DNA from: an uncultured Spirochaetota bacterium
Lineage (GTDB): Bacteria; Spirochaetota; Spirochaetia; SZUA-6; Fen-1364
DNA: 64,000 nt
Reading direction: 5' to 3'
Assembly: GCA_963820525.1 (NCBI GenBank)
Contig: CAWGAA010000003.1
Coordinates: forward strand, 640,001-704,000
Positions 7,778-19,160 of this stretch are shown here, piece after piece (the stretch's first letter is position 1; each line of letters starts with the position of its first letter). The notes beneath the pieces are model-generated. The model saw only the letters and a list, made by a program, of their open reading frames with translations, did not search any database and was not told the DNA's origin. The translations under genes were made by a program, and so were the position numbers.

Positions 7778-9879
7778 GAATCAGGAACAACCCTTGCTCG
7801 ATATTCCGCGCACTTCATGGAGGAGCCCCGCGGGGGCCGGCGCTGACGATCCTCCTGGCCATGGCAATCGCCTCGGCGGCCCGAGCCGAGGATTTCGGCA
7901 AAACCCTCTCCATCGCGACGGCGCCTCGGTGGGTGGCTCCCCAGGCGGCGGAGAAGCTCCCGGCTCCCGCGGGCGGCGCAAAAGACAGCCAAGCCTATCT
8001 TCTGCTCGACTACCAGGTCAATGTCGCCTCGCAGGAGCTGTACGTCCACGTCGTCAAGGACCTCCTCACCCCGGAGGGGGTGCAGGACGGCTCATCCATT
8101 CTCATCGACTACAACCCTGCCTACCAAAGGCTCATCCTCCATCACGTACGCGTCCTCAGAGACGGCAAGGCGAGCTCGCGGCTCGCGCGGGACGCCGTAC
8201 GGCTGCTCCAGAGGGAAGCGGACCTGGAAAGCTTCGTCCTCGACGGCTCGATAACGGCCTCACTCCTCATGAAGGACGTGCGGCCGGCGGACCGCATCGA
8301 TTACGCCTACACGATCCGGGGGAGGAACCCCGTTTTCGCGGGAAAATATGCGGATGAGTTCTCCATCGGCTGGCATGTGCCGGTGGCACGGGAGAACGTC
8401 CGCGTGCTCTGCCCTGAATCGCGAAAGCTCTTCTTCAAGACCCAAGGAGCGCGGGCCGAGCCGTCGATCTCGCATCGCGGAGGGGTTGTCGAATACCGGT
8501 GGGATCTTTCGGATCTGAAGCCCGCCCCGGACGAGGACGACACTCCCTCGTGGCACATCGCGACTCCCTGGATCGAGCTCACCGAGTTCGCCGATTGGGC
8601 CGAGATGAGACAGTGGGCGTCGGCCCTGTATCCGCGGGCGCCCCTGCCGGCGGAGCTGGAGAAGCTGGCCGAGACGTGGCGCGGCCGGGGGGCGGCTCCC
8701 GAGGAGCTGATGCGCTCCGCCCTGGACTGGGTGCAGCGCAACATCCGCTACCTCGGCATCGAGCTGGGGGCCGGCTCCTACAGGCCCAGCGCGCCCCGGA
8801 CGGTGTTCGCCCGGCGCTTCGGAGACTGCAAGGACCAATCCTACCTGCTGTGCGCGCTGCTCCGCCGGTTGGGCATCGACGCGGCGCCCGTGCTGGTCAA
8901 CACTTACTCCCGCCGCCTCGTCGGCGACATGCTCCCCTCCCCCACGGATTTCAACCACGTCATCGTTTGCGCCGTCCTCGACGGCCGCAGGGTCTCCATG
9001 GACCCGACGCAAACCTACCAGCGGGGGCGCGTCTCGCAGCGTTACGTCCCGGACTACGGCTACGGCCTCATGGTGGCGGACGGCCAGGATGAGCTCCTCA
9101 GGTTCCACTCGGTGCAGGGCGCCGCGAACGACATCGAGATCGTGGAGAGGTTCACCGCCGGCGGGCAGGAGGAGCCGGCCCTCCTCGACGTGGAGACCAC
9201 CGCCCGCGGCCCCGCGGCTGACCGCATGCGCGAGGCGTTCGCGGGAAACCGCGTTGATGAGCTGGCAAAGAGCTACCTCAACTACTACGCCAACACGTAT
9301 CCTTCAATCGAGCCCGCCGGCGAGCTCAGCTTTTCCGACGACGAGGAAGCCAACCTCTTCAAGATTGTTGAGCACTACCGCCTGCCCGATTTCTGGGGCC
9401 TCAGCGCCGACAAGCTGGAGTACATCGCGGAGTTCTCCGCGGACTCGATCCACGACGAGATCCCCGAGCCGCGAACCAAGATCAGGAGCTCACCGCTCGC
9501 CGTCGATCATCCCCGCCACGTGACGCAGAACATGGAGATCGATCTTCCCGAGCAATGGCGGCTGAAGGGGGAAAGCTCCACCTTCACCAATGCCGCTTTC
9601 GAGCTCCGCACAAGCTCCGAGAGCTCCGGCCGCCACGTCTCCCTGCGCTACGATTACCGCTCTCTTGTCGACGAGGTACCCGCCTCCGGGATTCCCGCGT
9701 ATATCCAGTCCATCGCGCGCATCGACGATGAGCTCGGCTACCGCCTCACGTGGGAGAAGGGCAGGCGGGCGGAAGAGGCCGGCCCATCGAAGAACGTCCT
9801 GGGGATGGCCACCGTGCTGGGGATCATTCTCCTCGTCGTGGGATGGTTTGTCGTTCAGCGGATCCTCGGGCGCCGCTAA
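7774..9879 (+). CDS. DUF3857 + transglutaminase-like domain protein with C-terminal TM anchor
   Basis: LLLDYQ, VRPADRIDYAYT, VQRNIRY, RRFGDCKD (Cys), FNHVI (His), MDPT (Asp); GTG overlaps the upstream stop; exact start uncertain (ATG 7861 possible). Confidence 0.85.
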   Translation: MRIRNNPCSIFRALHGGAPRGPALTILLAMAIASAARAEDFGKTLSIATAPRWVAPQAAEKLPAPAGGAKDSQAYLLLDYQVNVASQELYVHVVKDLLTPEGVQDGSSILIDYNPAYQRLILHHVRVLRDGKASSRLARDAVRLLQREADLESFVLDGSITASLLMKDVRPADRIDYAYTIRGRNPVFAGKYADEFSIGWHVPVARENVRVLCPESRKLFFKTQGARAEPSISHRGGVVEYRWDLSDLKPAPDEDDTPSWHIATPWIELTEFADWAEMRQWASALYPRAPLPAELEKLAETWRGRGAAPEELMRSALDWVQRNIRYLGIELGAGSYRPSAPRTVFARRFGDCKDQSYLLCALLRRLGIDAAPVLVNTYSRRLVGDMLPSPTDFNHVIVCAVLDGRRVSMDPTQTYQRGRVSQRYVPDYGYGLMVADGQDELLRFHSVQGAANDIEIVERFTAGGQEEPALLDVETTARGPAADRMREAFAGNRVDELAKSYLNYYANTYPSIEPAGELSFSDDEEANLFKIVEHYRLPDFWGLSADKLEYIAEFSADSIHDEIPEPRTKIRSSPLAVDHPRHVTQNMEIDLPEQWRLKGESSTFTNAAFELRTSSESSGRHVSLRYDYRSLVDEVPASGIPAYIQSIARIDDELGYRLTWEKGRRAEEAGPSKNVLGMATVLGIILLVVGWFVVQRILGRR

Positions 9880-12800
9880 TACGCTCCCGCCACCTTCTTG
9901 CCCATCTTTGCGGCAATCCGCTCAGCCTGGAGGCAGAAGCTCTCGAACCTCGCCTCCAGCAGCTGCGGATACGGGTTTCCATCCGATTCCACGGTGAGGA
10001 AAGGGATGCGCTCATCGCCCGTGAATCCGGCGGGCGGGGAGTACGCGATGCCCAATGAGTCGTAAATTTCGCGTTTGCCCTTCATGTCCGCCATCGGCAC
10101 CGTCACCGCGTCGGCCAGCCGCGTCTGGATGCATCCGAACGGGCCGACGTTGACGATCCCGCAGTACTTCGTGAAGGCGTCCCTGAAGGTCATGCCGGAC
10201 ACGAGCACCTGTTCCCCGTCGAAATCCTTGGGAACGATGGGCCCGGAAAACCCCGTCGTGCTGTCGATGTCAATCATCGTGCAGTCGACGAGGCCGGAGG
10301 CGGCGAGGATGCCCTTGATTTTCCTCTCCACGATGCGTTGGGTCCTGGCGGAAATGAGCCCTTCCAGCCATCCCGCCACCGTGTAGCTGGCCTTCTTGAT
10401 CCCGTGCTTCTGCATGTAACTCATGTAGTACATGATCTCCGTGAGGGTCGCCGTGCTGACGACGAATCCCCTGCGCGCCAGACGGTGGGCCAGCCCGAGA
10501 TTCGAGAAAGCGTCCTTTCGGACGAAGAACTCCCCATTGAAACCGATCCTCGCCGTCTCGCTGAAGGGCTGCTTCAGCGGGATCTCGCCCAGGCGCCGCG
10601 CCGTCTGCCTGAGCTGATCGTAGAGGCCGATGCGGGAGATTCCCTCGAACGAGCTGCAGACCTTCTGCAGCTCGTTGCGGAAAAGAGAGATCGCCCCCTC
10701 GCGGTCCCTGGCGAGCGCCAGGAGCGAGCAATACACGTCCTCCAGGAGATCGATCGTCACCGCCGCCTTCCAGACGTTGAAGAGGACCCGGGGCCCCAGC
10801 CCGGTGAATCTATCCGACATGCTGAGCTTGAGGATGGCGACATCCTCGATGCGGTTGTCCCGGATGAAGTCGTTCATGAAGACGTGGTATTGCCCCAGCC
10901 TGCAGTAGCCGAGCGCGTGGGGGATGAAGAAGATGCACTTCTGGTTTCTCTCCGATGCGGGGCGGGACCTCAGGTATTTCACGAGCCCGCCGATGCAGAC
11001 GATGAGCGGGATGCATTCCTTGCCCGTCGTCACGCCGCGCCCGGCCGCAAGCGTCCCGCCGTCCGCCGGAGGGAGCGCGACGGCATGGATGCCGAGCCGC
11101 CTCAGGGCCGCCGTCATGACATAGCTGCCGAAGTCTCCGAGGGCGGGGAGCAGGAGCTTCACGCGGGGATCCGTCAGGGCATAGCGCCTGCCGCCGGAAT
11201 CGACGAAGACGGCGCCCCGGCTCTCCATGGACATGCGGGCGGGCGTGAAAGAGGCCGCCGGGGCCGCCGCAGTCTTCTGGATCTTTCGATAGTTCTGGAT
11301 GATGCTCTGGAAGGCGTCGATCCTCGTGTCGAGGCCGGCATCCGCCGTGTGGGCGTCGAGCTCGAGGGTGAGCGACGGCTTTGCGCCCATGATCCGCCTG
11401 AAGTACGTCACGATGAATGAATCGGGGGCGCAGAGGAAGTTCGTGATGAATACCCCGTAGAGCTGGGGATTCCTTTTCACGATCTGGGCCGCCTTCAATA
11501 TCCTCTGGCCGGCCTCCCAGTACATCGAATGCCGGTACTCGTCGACGAGCGGCTCATCCTCGATGGGGAGCATGTCGAAGGGGATGACGAGCTCCCCCTG
11601 CTGGCGAGCTTCTTCGGGATCCCCTTGTTCGCCTCCGCGGCATAGGCGTTGTATGGCCGGCCGAAGAGCACCACCGCCGTCTTCTCGGGGTCTCGCGCCA
11701 GCTCGTCGATGAGCCTTCTGCCCATTGCCCTGCATTCGTTCTCGAAGGCGCCCTGCATCTCCAGGGCCTCGGAAAAGGCCTCCATCCCCCGGCTCTTCGA
11801 GAAGCCGAGCTCCCGCGCCAGATCGACGAAGGCCCGCCTTCCCTTCTCCATCCCGTCCCTGAAGTTTAGCAGCGGCGCGAGGATCGGAGCGTAGCCTTCC
11901 CTGTTCCTGAATGCCTGGCGCAGGTAGATGCCGCATCCCATGCTCAAGCCGCAGGTCGAACAATAGTCGAAATCGTGGTTGCCGCCCTCGACGAACATCT
12001 CCTTCACCATGGGGATGAACGCGTAATCGGGGCGCTTGGCGGCGAGGTTCTCGTACAGCCCGGTGGCGATCTCTGCGGGGAAGCACATGGAGGTGACGAG
12101 GTGGTTGGCCGCGTCCTTTTCCACCGCGTCGGGAAGCTCGACCCTGCAGCCCAGCAGGGAAAAGAAATTGTAATACAGGGGAAAGAGGCTCATGGCGGAA
12201 AAGGCGGTCAGGAGGCCGATCGCGGGTGCGTGGGGGTCGGCCTCCCGGCGCGGGGCATACGTATGGAGCATCAGCTGGTTTCGGATGGAAACGCCGTCCA
12301 CCGCCGTATCGGAGCCGGCGTGGCCGCCGATGTTGTAGTACCGGTTGCACACTCCGCCGAAGGGGAACACTTTTTCATCCACACGGATTCGGCTGATCGG
12401 GCACTTCAGGTCGCACTTCTCCTTGCCTCCCGCGCATTCGAAGGGCTTTTCGTGCGTGACCCGCCGCCTGATGAGGGAATCGAGGTCGAAGCGCTGCTCG
12501 GGGATGAGCCCCAGGTTGATCCTCTTTTCCAGCTCCAGGGCGACGCCGAAGGCTCCCATGAGCCCGGGCTCCGGCGGCACGACGATCGGCTTTTGCAGTA
12601 TGGAGGCCATGGCCGCCGGCACCGCCCGGTTGTAGCAGACTCCCCCCTGCATGAAGACCTTCCTTCCGACGGGGCGCGAGCCTTTCACCCTGTTGATGTA
12701 GTTGAAGCAGATCGAATACACGAGCCCCGCGATAATATCGGCGAGCCCGATCCCCGAGTGGGTTGCGTTCTTGATGTCGGAAGAGATGAACGCGGCGCAC

Positions 12801-14206
12801 TGGTCGTTGAAGTTGGGCGGCGAGCTGCCCTGCAGCGCGAGACCGGCGATGTCTTCCATCCGGATCCCGAGGGACTCCTTGGCGGATTCCTCGAGAAATG
12901 ATCCGGTTCCCGCCGAGCAGGCGAGGTTCATCGCGTAGTCCGACGCGACCGAGGAGGTGAGGTACGTATACTTCGCGTCCTGTCCGCCGATCTCGAAGAT
13001 GGTATCCACGTCCTTGTCGAAGTACGCGGCGGCCGAGGCGTGCGCGATGATCTCGTTGATGATTCCCTCGGTGAGGGCGTACAGCCCCGCGATGTGCCTG
13101 CCGGACCCGGTGACGCCGACCCCGATGATGTCGACGTCCGTCCCGCCGAGGATCGTCCGCACCTTGGCGAAACAGGCGCGCGAGGCTTCCACGGGATTCC
13201 CGTTCGTGCGCAGGTACTCGGAGGCCAGAAAGGCGTGATCCTCCAGGCGGAGGAGGAGGATTTTCGTGGTCGTGGAACCCACGTCGAGGCCGATGATGCA
13301 GCGGTCTCGCGGGCGCGCCCGGCTGAACTCGATCGATTTGAAGGTCACAAGGTGTTCGGCGGAGGACAGGGGGGGCAGGAACGAAAAACTGGCGTGCCCC
13401 TCCCTGAACAGCGAGCCGGGCAGGCGAAGCCCGCGCCTGACGGCAGCGATTGCGGCGCCGAGAGCCTCGAAGTACGGGGCCTCCTGCGGCACCTCGGCTC
13501 CGGGGATGGCGGATTTCACGGTGTCCATGACGGCCTTGTTCAGCGCGGTGCCGCCGACAACGAGCGTTCGCGCGTGGGGGACCCTGTCGAGGATCTCGAC
13601 GATCTTCTGCGCGATCATCCTGCAGAGTCCCGCCGTCACGTCCCCGATGGCGACCCCCTTGTTCAGGGCATGAGTGCAGTCGGATTTGCAGAACACCGAG
13701 CAGCGGCCGCTCACCGGGTAGGGGCTGCCGCCGCACGCGAGCGCCGTCGCTTCTTCGATATCCAGGTCCATCCGCCTGATCTGCTGGAGGAAGAACTCGC
13801 CGGTGCCGGAGGCGCACTTGTTGCCCGTCGATATGCCGCAGACCCTCTGGTGCGAGTCGAGCGCGTACACGACGAAGGTCTCCCCGCCGGCGGAGACAAC
13901 TGCGTCGTACCTCGCCTGGTATTTCCGTTTGACGAACTCCAGCGCGTATTCGATCGCTTCGGGCTCCGTGATCGAGTCCAGTGCAACGAAATGCCTGAAG
14001 TTGCGGCCCGTCACGAGCACGGGATCATCGCCGATGTCGAGCTCTCCGATGACCTCGCTGAAAACGGCCTTCAGGTTCCCTTCATGGCTTTTCCGCAGCA
14101 CCCTTCGGATCCCGATCGGCGAGCCCGTTTCCGAACCGTTGTGGAACACCTCGACAGCGCTGATCGTGGTGGCACCGATACAGATGCCGTAGGCCTTTCT
14201 GTCCAT
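9876..14206 (-). CDS. Acyl-CoA dehydratase activase (two BadF/BcrAD ATPase domains + DUF2229 + C-terminal dehydratase-like domain), split by a frameshift near 11596
   Basis: NKCASGTG, CSVFCKSD, GLDVGSTTTK, EIGGQDAKY, ACSAGTGSF, GRPYN; after the shift VIPFDML...NFLCAPDSF, LELDAHTADAG..TRI, ECIP, GPFGC. One extra G in the G5 run restores SRGELVIPFDML. Confidence 0.88.
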
Positions 14207-14235
14207 ACTTTATTCGATCGAACTTCCTGCGCCGA

Positions 14236-14264
14236 ATGATAAATCGCCCAGCATAGGCTGTCAA
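14236..14264 (-). promoter_or_regulatory. sigma70 promoter of the activase gene
   Basis: TTGACA-17 nt-TATCAT on the minus strand. Confidence 0.65.
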
Positions 14265-14364
14265 GGTACGTCCTGGCCGAAAAACAGGCTCTGGCTCGTT
14301 CTCTGGTCCTGGATTATATTCGAGGAAGCGATAACGGCATCAAAACGTCAAGGAGAAACGGACA

Positions 14365-15735
14365 ATGGACATCCACGCCGTCAACCTTTCGCGCGCCCAG
14401 TTCGCCGTCACCACGGTATTCCACATGCTGTGGCCGCTTCTCAGCATCGGGCTCAGCCTTCTTCTGGTTGTCATGGAAATCCTCTGGCTGCGGACCCGGG
14501 ACGAAGCCTACCTCCGGCACGTCCGCTTCTGGTCGAAGCTCTTCATCCTCGCCTTCGGCATCGGGGTGGCCAGCGGCGTCCCCCTGGAGCTTCAGTTCGG
14601 CACCAACTGGTCGCGTTTTTCGACGGCCTCGGGGAGCCTGTTCGGAAACATTCTCGCGTTCGAGGCCTCGATGTCTTTCGCACTGGAAGCCGCCTTCCTG
14701 GCGGTCTTCATCTTCGGATGGAACAGGGTCTCCCGCGCCATGCACCTTTTCTCGAACATCATGGTGGCATTCGGCGCCTCGCTCTCCGCTTTCTGGATCA
14801 TGGGCGCCAATTCCTGGATGCAGACCCCGACCGGGGTCCGCATGGAAGGCGGAAAGGTAGTCATCACGGACTACCTTGCGGCGGTTTTCAACCCGGAGCT
14901 TCCCGTGTCCTTCGCTCACATCTGGGTGGCCAGCGTTGAGACGACCCTGTTCTTCGTGGGCGGGATCTGCGCGTGGTACCTGATCCGCGGGAGGGACGCC
15001 GCTTTCTTTCTCAAAGGCTTCAAGGTTGTCCTGATCATGGGGATTCTCGCGGCTCCCCTTCAGATCTTCCTCGGCGATGCATCAGGCCTGTCCATCTTCA
15101 AGTACCAGCCCGCAAAATCCGCCGCCATGGAGGCGAATTGGCGGACCAATGCCCCGGGCACGGGGTCGCCCTGGGCCGTCGTGGCGTGGCCGGATAAGAG
15201 CGCCCAGGAAAACCGCTGGGCCGTCGAGATCCCATACCTTTTGAGCCTTCTGGACACCCGCACCCTCAGGGGCCAGGTGCCGGGGCTTCGCGATTTCCCC
15301 GTGGAAGACCAGCCCCCCGTCTGGCTGCCGTTCTACGGCTTCCGGCTCATGGTTCTCCTGGCATTCGTGATGCTGGCTCTGGTCATATGGGCGGCTGCGG
15401 CATGGGCGAGGGGACGGATGACCCCGGATTCCGCTCCCCGCATGCGCGGCCTGTGGCGATTGTGGATGATCGCGATCCCTGCCGGCTTCCTCGCCACCGA
15501 ATGCGGCTGGATCGTGCGGGAAATGGGCAGGCAGCCGTGGATCATCTATGGGATGATGCGCACGGCGGACGGCTCGTCGCCCATCGGCGCCGGCGTCGCC
15601 GCCGCGAGCCTGGCCGCCTTCAGCGCGGTCTACCTGGCGCTCCTGGCGCTTTTCATCTTCTTTACGGCGCGGATCCTCCAGAAGGGCCCCGATCTGAAAG
15701 GTCCGCTTCCCAGAGGTGCGGGGGAAGGGAGGTAG
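14365..15735 (+). CDS. cydA: Cytochrome bd ubiquinol oxidase subunit I
   Basis: SRAQFA..FH, LQFGTNW, ANSWMQTP, QPAKSAAME, FRLMV, ECGWIVREMGRQPW. Confidence 0.96.
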   Translation: MDIHAVNLSRAQFAVTTVFHMLWPLLSIGLSLLLVVMEILWLRTRDEAYLRHVRFWSKLFILAFGIGVASGVPLELQFGTNWSRFSTASGSLFGNILAFEASMSFALEAAFLAVFIFGWNRVSRAMHLFSNIMVAFGASLSAFWIMGANSWMQTPTGVRMEGGKVVITDYLAAVFNPELPVSFAHIWVASVETTLFFVGGICAWYLIRGRDAAFFLKGFKVVLIMGILAAPLQIFLGDASGLSIFKYQPAKSAAMEANWRTNAPGTGSPWAVVAWPDKSAQENRWAVEIPYLLSLLDTRTLRGQVPGLRDFPVEDQPPVWLPFYGFRLMVLLAFVMLALVIWAAAAWARGRMTPDSAPRMRGLWRLWMIAIPAGFLATECGWIVREMGRQPWIIYGMMRTADGSSPIGAGVAAASLAAFSAVYLALLALFIFFTARILQKGPDLKGPLPRGAGEGR

Positions 15736-15738
15736 GCC

Positions 15739-16749
15739 ATGGCTGAAACGATCCTCCAGCTTGCCTGGTTCGGCATCATGGCCCTCGGGCTGGGGCTTTT
15801 CGTGGTGCTCGACGGCGCCGACCTTGGAATCGGGGCCCTCTCCCTCGCGGCGCGCGACGAGAAGGAGCGCTCCCTCATGGTGGCGGCCATCGGTCCCATG
15901 TGGTACGCCAACGAGACGTGGCTGGTCATCGCCGGCGCGGTGCTCTTCGGCGCTTTTCCCCTCGCCTACGCCATTCTCTTCAGCTCCCTCTACATTCCCT
16001 CGATGTTTCTCCTCCTGGGCCTCATCCTCCGCGCGGTATCCACGGAGTTCCGCGTTCACTCCAACCGCAAAAGGCTCTGGAGCACCGCGTTCGGCATCGG
16101 GAGCCTGCTCGCAATCCTGGCGCAGGGCTTCATGCTTGGCGGGCTCTTGAGCGGCATCAAGGTGTCCAACGGTCAGTTCGCGGGAGGCCCCTGGGACTGG
16201 CTGAATCCCGCTTCCATCCTCGTAACGGTTGGGATCGCCTCCGGCTATGCGATGCTCGGGGCGAGCGCAATGGTGCGCAGGACCGAGGGGGAGTCCGAGA
16301 AGCGCAACAGGAGGCTTCTGCAAATCACGGCTGCCGTGTCGGTGGCCATGTTCATCGCCGTGATCGCGGTCCTGCCGCTGGTGAGCCCCGCCGTCTCGCG
16401 CGTCTGGCTGGAGCCTCCGCGCCCCATCGTCTCCTCGATCTTCTTCGCGGGGACCCTTCTCGGCTTCGCGCTGCTCCTGGCCAGCATTCCCCGGCAAACC
16501 TCGGAGCGCACCCTGTATGCCTTGGGGCTCATGGTCTTCATCTGCGCCTCCTGCGCCGTGGTAAGCGCCATCTTCCCCTACTTCATCCCGCTGTCCGTGA
16601 CCATCGCGGATGCCGCGGCGCCGAGCCAGACCCTCGTGTTCATGCTCATCGGCGTGGGAGTGATCCTCCCCATCATCGCCGTGTACAACCTCTACACGCG
16701 CGGAGTATTCCGCGGCAAGGTCCGCGGAGGAGACGAAGAGCAGTATTGA
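15739..16749 (+). CDS. cydB: Cytochrome bd ubiquinol oxidase subunit II
   Basis: LDGADLGIG, IGPMWYANETWLV, FGAFPLAY, ILRAVSTEFR, VFRGKV. Confidence 0.95.
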   Translation: MAETILQLAWFGIMALGLGLFVVLDGADLGIGALSLAARDEKERSLMVAAIGPMWYANETWLVIAGAVLFGAFPLAYAILFSSLYIPSMFLLLGLILRAVSTEFRVHSNRKRLWSTAFGIGSLLAILAQGFMLGGLLSGIKVSNGQFAGGPWDWLNPASILVTVGIASGYAMLGASAMVRRTEGESEKRNRRLLQITAAVSVAMFIAVIAVLPLVSPAVSRVWLEPPRPIVSSIFFAGTLLGFALLLASIPRQTSERTLYALGLMVFICASCAVVSAIFPYFIPLSVTIADAAAPSQTLVFMLIGVGVILPIIAVYNLYTRGVFRGKVRGGDEEQY

Positions 16750-16802
16750 GGGGGCGATTCGCTTTGGGGCGGCACGGGCCCGTTGCCGCGCTGCGGTCCC
16801 CC

Positions 16803-18191
16803 CTACCTCAGGGGCTCACCTATCACGAAGGGTGAAAGAGGGGTCTGCCCGACATCGAGGCTCCTGCCGAGGTCGTTCGCCGCGGCGTCCCGTGTCGAAA
16901 GGGCAGGCAGGCCGAAGCGGACCTCGATGAGCTTGAGCGCCGAGGTGATGTCGAAGGTGGAGTGGTCCACCGCCCCCGCCTTCGCGTAGGGGCTGATGAG
17001 CAGGGCCGGCACGCGAATTCCGTAGCCGTCGTCGTCCACCGCGGGCGGCGGGACATGATCGAAGAATCCTCCGTACTCGTCCCAGGTCAGAAGGAGCGCC
17101 GAGTTCGCCCAATAGGGGCTCTTCATGAGCGCGTTCACCAGGTCCGTGACGTACCACATCCCCAGCCCCACGCCCCCCGGGGGGTGCTCGCTGTCGCTGT
17201 CATTGGGCAGGATCCAGCACACGGACGGCAGGGTGCCGTCCCGCAGGTCGCGGAAGAACCGGCGGCTTTCGACCAGATGCGACATCAGCTCGCCGCTTCC
17301 CATGAAGGCGCGAAAGCCGGGAAGCGGGTTCCAGGCGCCGAAGCGCCGCGTCCACCGCTGGCCGACGTAATACTTCCAGGATATCCCATGGTCCTGAAGA
17401 CTCGAAGCGATCTGGGGAAAGTCGAGCCCTCCGGCCGGAGGCAGGAGACGGTTTGCCGATATGCCTCCGGATCGGGCGGCGACCGCATAGATGTGGTTTG
17501 GAAGGGATGGACCCATGAAGCTGGAGAAGAAACGGTCCAGGAGCGTGAAACGGCGGGCATAGGCCCAATAGTTGGGGATGTCGGACTCGTCGTAGTAGCC
17601 CATGGTGAGCCTCGATCCTTCGGCGGCAATGAAGCCGTCCATCGCGCCGCCGTTCACCGCGGCCCGGGCCGTTTCGCGGCTGTGGCCCAGGTCTCGACGC
17701 ATCGGCGAAGCGAAGTGGAACGGGGCCACCTCAGGCCGGCCGCCCGGAGAAAGGGGCTCCTTGAACCCCGGCGGGAAGCCATCAGCTGCGGGGAACGTGC
17801 CGAAATAGCTGTCGAAGCTGTGGTTCTCCTGGATCACCATGATGATATGGTCGATCCTGCCCAGCGGCTGAGCCGGTGTCGACGGCGCGGGCCACGGGGT
17901 CCCGCCGACTACCTGGATCCGATCCGCGCGCAGCAGCCCATTGTCGAAACGGCCTTCAGCCGAAGCTTCCACTCCCGGAACGAGCCCGGCGGGAAGCCCG
18001 CCGGAAGCGTACACCGTGAAGATCGTTGCGGCGAGACCCCCCTGCATCGCGACGATCCTCCCATTCACGTCCAGGACCGTTCCCCGCCGATGCCATACGC
18101 GGTCATTCGAGCCGGATCCGCATGAATCCAGAGAAAGAGCGATAAGGAACCCCATGATGAGAATCGATCCGCCGAGAGCGCCCGATTTCAT
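16803..18191 (-). CDS. Phosphoesterase/phospholipase C (AcpA/PlcH family), exported
   Basis: [49 protein letters not shown]-terminal signal ending LDSC. Confidence 0.9.
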   Translation of the reverse strand: MKSGALGGSILIMGFLIALSLDSCGSGSNDRVWHRRGTVLDVNGRIVAMQGGLAATIFTVYASGGLPAGLVPGVEASAEGRFDNGLLRADRIQVVGGTPWPAPSTPAQPLGRIDHIIMVIQENHSFDSYFGTFPAADGFPPGFKEPLSPGGRPEVAPFHFASPMRRDLGHSRETARAAVNGGAMDGFIAAEGSRLTMGYYDESDIPNYWAYARRFTLLDRFFSSFMGPSLPNHIYAVAARSGGISANRLLPPAGGLDFPQIASSLQDHGISWKYYVGQRWTRRFGAWNPLPGFRAFMGSGELMSHLVESRRFFRDLRDGTLPSVCWILPNDSDSEHPPGGVGLGMWYVTDLVNALMKSPYWANSALLLTWDEYGGFFDHVPPPAVDDDGYGIRVPALLISPYAKAGAVDHSTFDITSALKLIEVRFGLPALSTRDAAANDLGRSLDVGQTPLSPFVIGEPLR

Positions 18192-18276
18192 GATATGGCG
18201 AAACCTCCTTGACCTTTAATATATGCTTTTCGAATTCAGTCGGGAAAACGGCCTAGAATGGCGTCAATGCGGTGCC

Positions 18277-18334
18277 TCTATAGCAGGTTGCTATAGAACA
18301 TACCTTTGACTTTCCTCAGATGTTGTTCTATACT
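18277..18334 (+). promoter_or_regulatory. Palindromic operator and sigma70 promoter of the response regulator
   Basis: TCTATAGCA-ggt-TGCTATAGA (18277-18297); TTGACT (18306-18311)-17-TATACT (18329-18334). Confidence 0.55.
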
Positions 18335-18371
18335 CGTTTCCATCGACACGATCCCCAAAGGCGAATGAATC

Positions 18372-19004
18372 ATGATCAGGATGATTATCTGCGACGATCA
18401 CCCCATCTTCCGAGAAGGGGTGAAAAAGATAATCGAGCAAGCCAAGGATATCGAAGTTGTGGACGAGGCGAGCAACGGCCCCGAGCTCATGGAGAAGCTC
18501 AAGAAGAAGGCCTGCGACGTGGTCAGCCTCGACATCTCGTTTCCCGGGTCCAGCGGGATCGACCTCCTGAAAAGCCTCCTCGACGCGTTTCCCAAGCTCG
18601 CCATCCTCATGCTCAGCATGCACCCCGAAGACCAGTATGCGGTGCGCGCCATCAAGGCGGGGGCCGCCGGCTACGTGGTGAAGGGAAGCGTCCCTTCGGA
18701 GCTGATAACCGCCATCAGGAAGGCGGCGGCGGGGGGCAAGTACGTGAGTCCCTCGCTTGCCGAGCAGCTCGTTCTCGAGCTGGGCGGCAGGAGGGAGAGG
18801 GCTCCTCACGAAGAGCTCTCCGAGCGTGAGTACCAGGTGCTCCGGCTGCTCGCCGCGGGCAAGAGCGTAAAGGAGATCGCGGCGGAGCTCTTCTTGAGCC
18901 CTCCCACTATCGGCACGTACCGCTCCCGCATCCTGACAAAGCTCTCCCTGAAGAACACGGCAGAGCTGATCCATTACGCGATAAGCCACAACTTGCTGGA
19001 ATAA
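18372..19004 (+). CDS. NarL/LuxR-family response regulator (no adjacent kinase)
   Basis: DDHPIFREG, LDISFPG, LSMH, GAAGYVVK, LSEREYQVL...GKSVKEIAAELFLS. Confidence 0.95.
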   Translation: MIRMIICDDHPIFREGVKKIIEQAKDIEVVDEASNGPELMEKLKKKACDVVSLDISFPGSSGIDLLKSLLDAFPKLAILMLSMHPEDQYAVRAIKAGAAGYVVKGSVPSELITAIRKAAAGGKYVSPSLAEQLVLELGGRRERAPHEELSEREYQVLRLLAAGKSVKEIAAELFLSPPTIGTYRSRILTKLSLKNTAELIHYAISHNLLE

Positions 19005-19160
19005 AGAGGGCCACCGGAAGGCGGCCCCTGGGGCGCCTGCCGCCCTCCATGGCTCCGGCGCCCTTGGGCCTCCATGCCCTGGCTTGGGGCCGCCTGCCGC
19101 CCATCCTGTGCGCCGCGTCCACGGCGATAGTATACTTGAAGAGTCCCGGTCGAAACAGTG

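Noticed and set aside
11580..11620. Programmed -1 ribosomal frameshift in the activase
   Set aside because: No canonical X XXY YYZ slippery site; a homopolymer error is simpler
11600..12350. Separate 824-aa gene 9876-12350
   Set aside because: Only the part after about 11595 is coding; it is the frameshifted C-terminus of the activase
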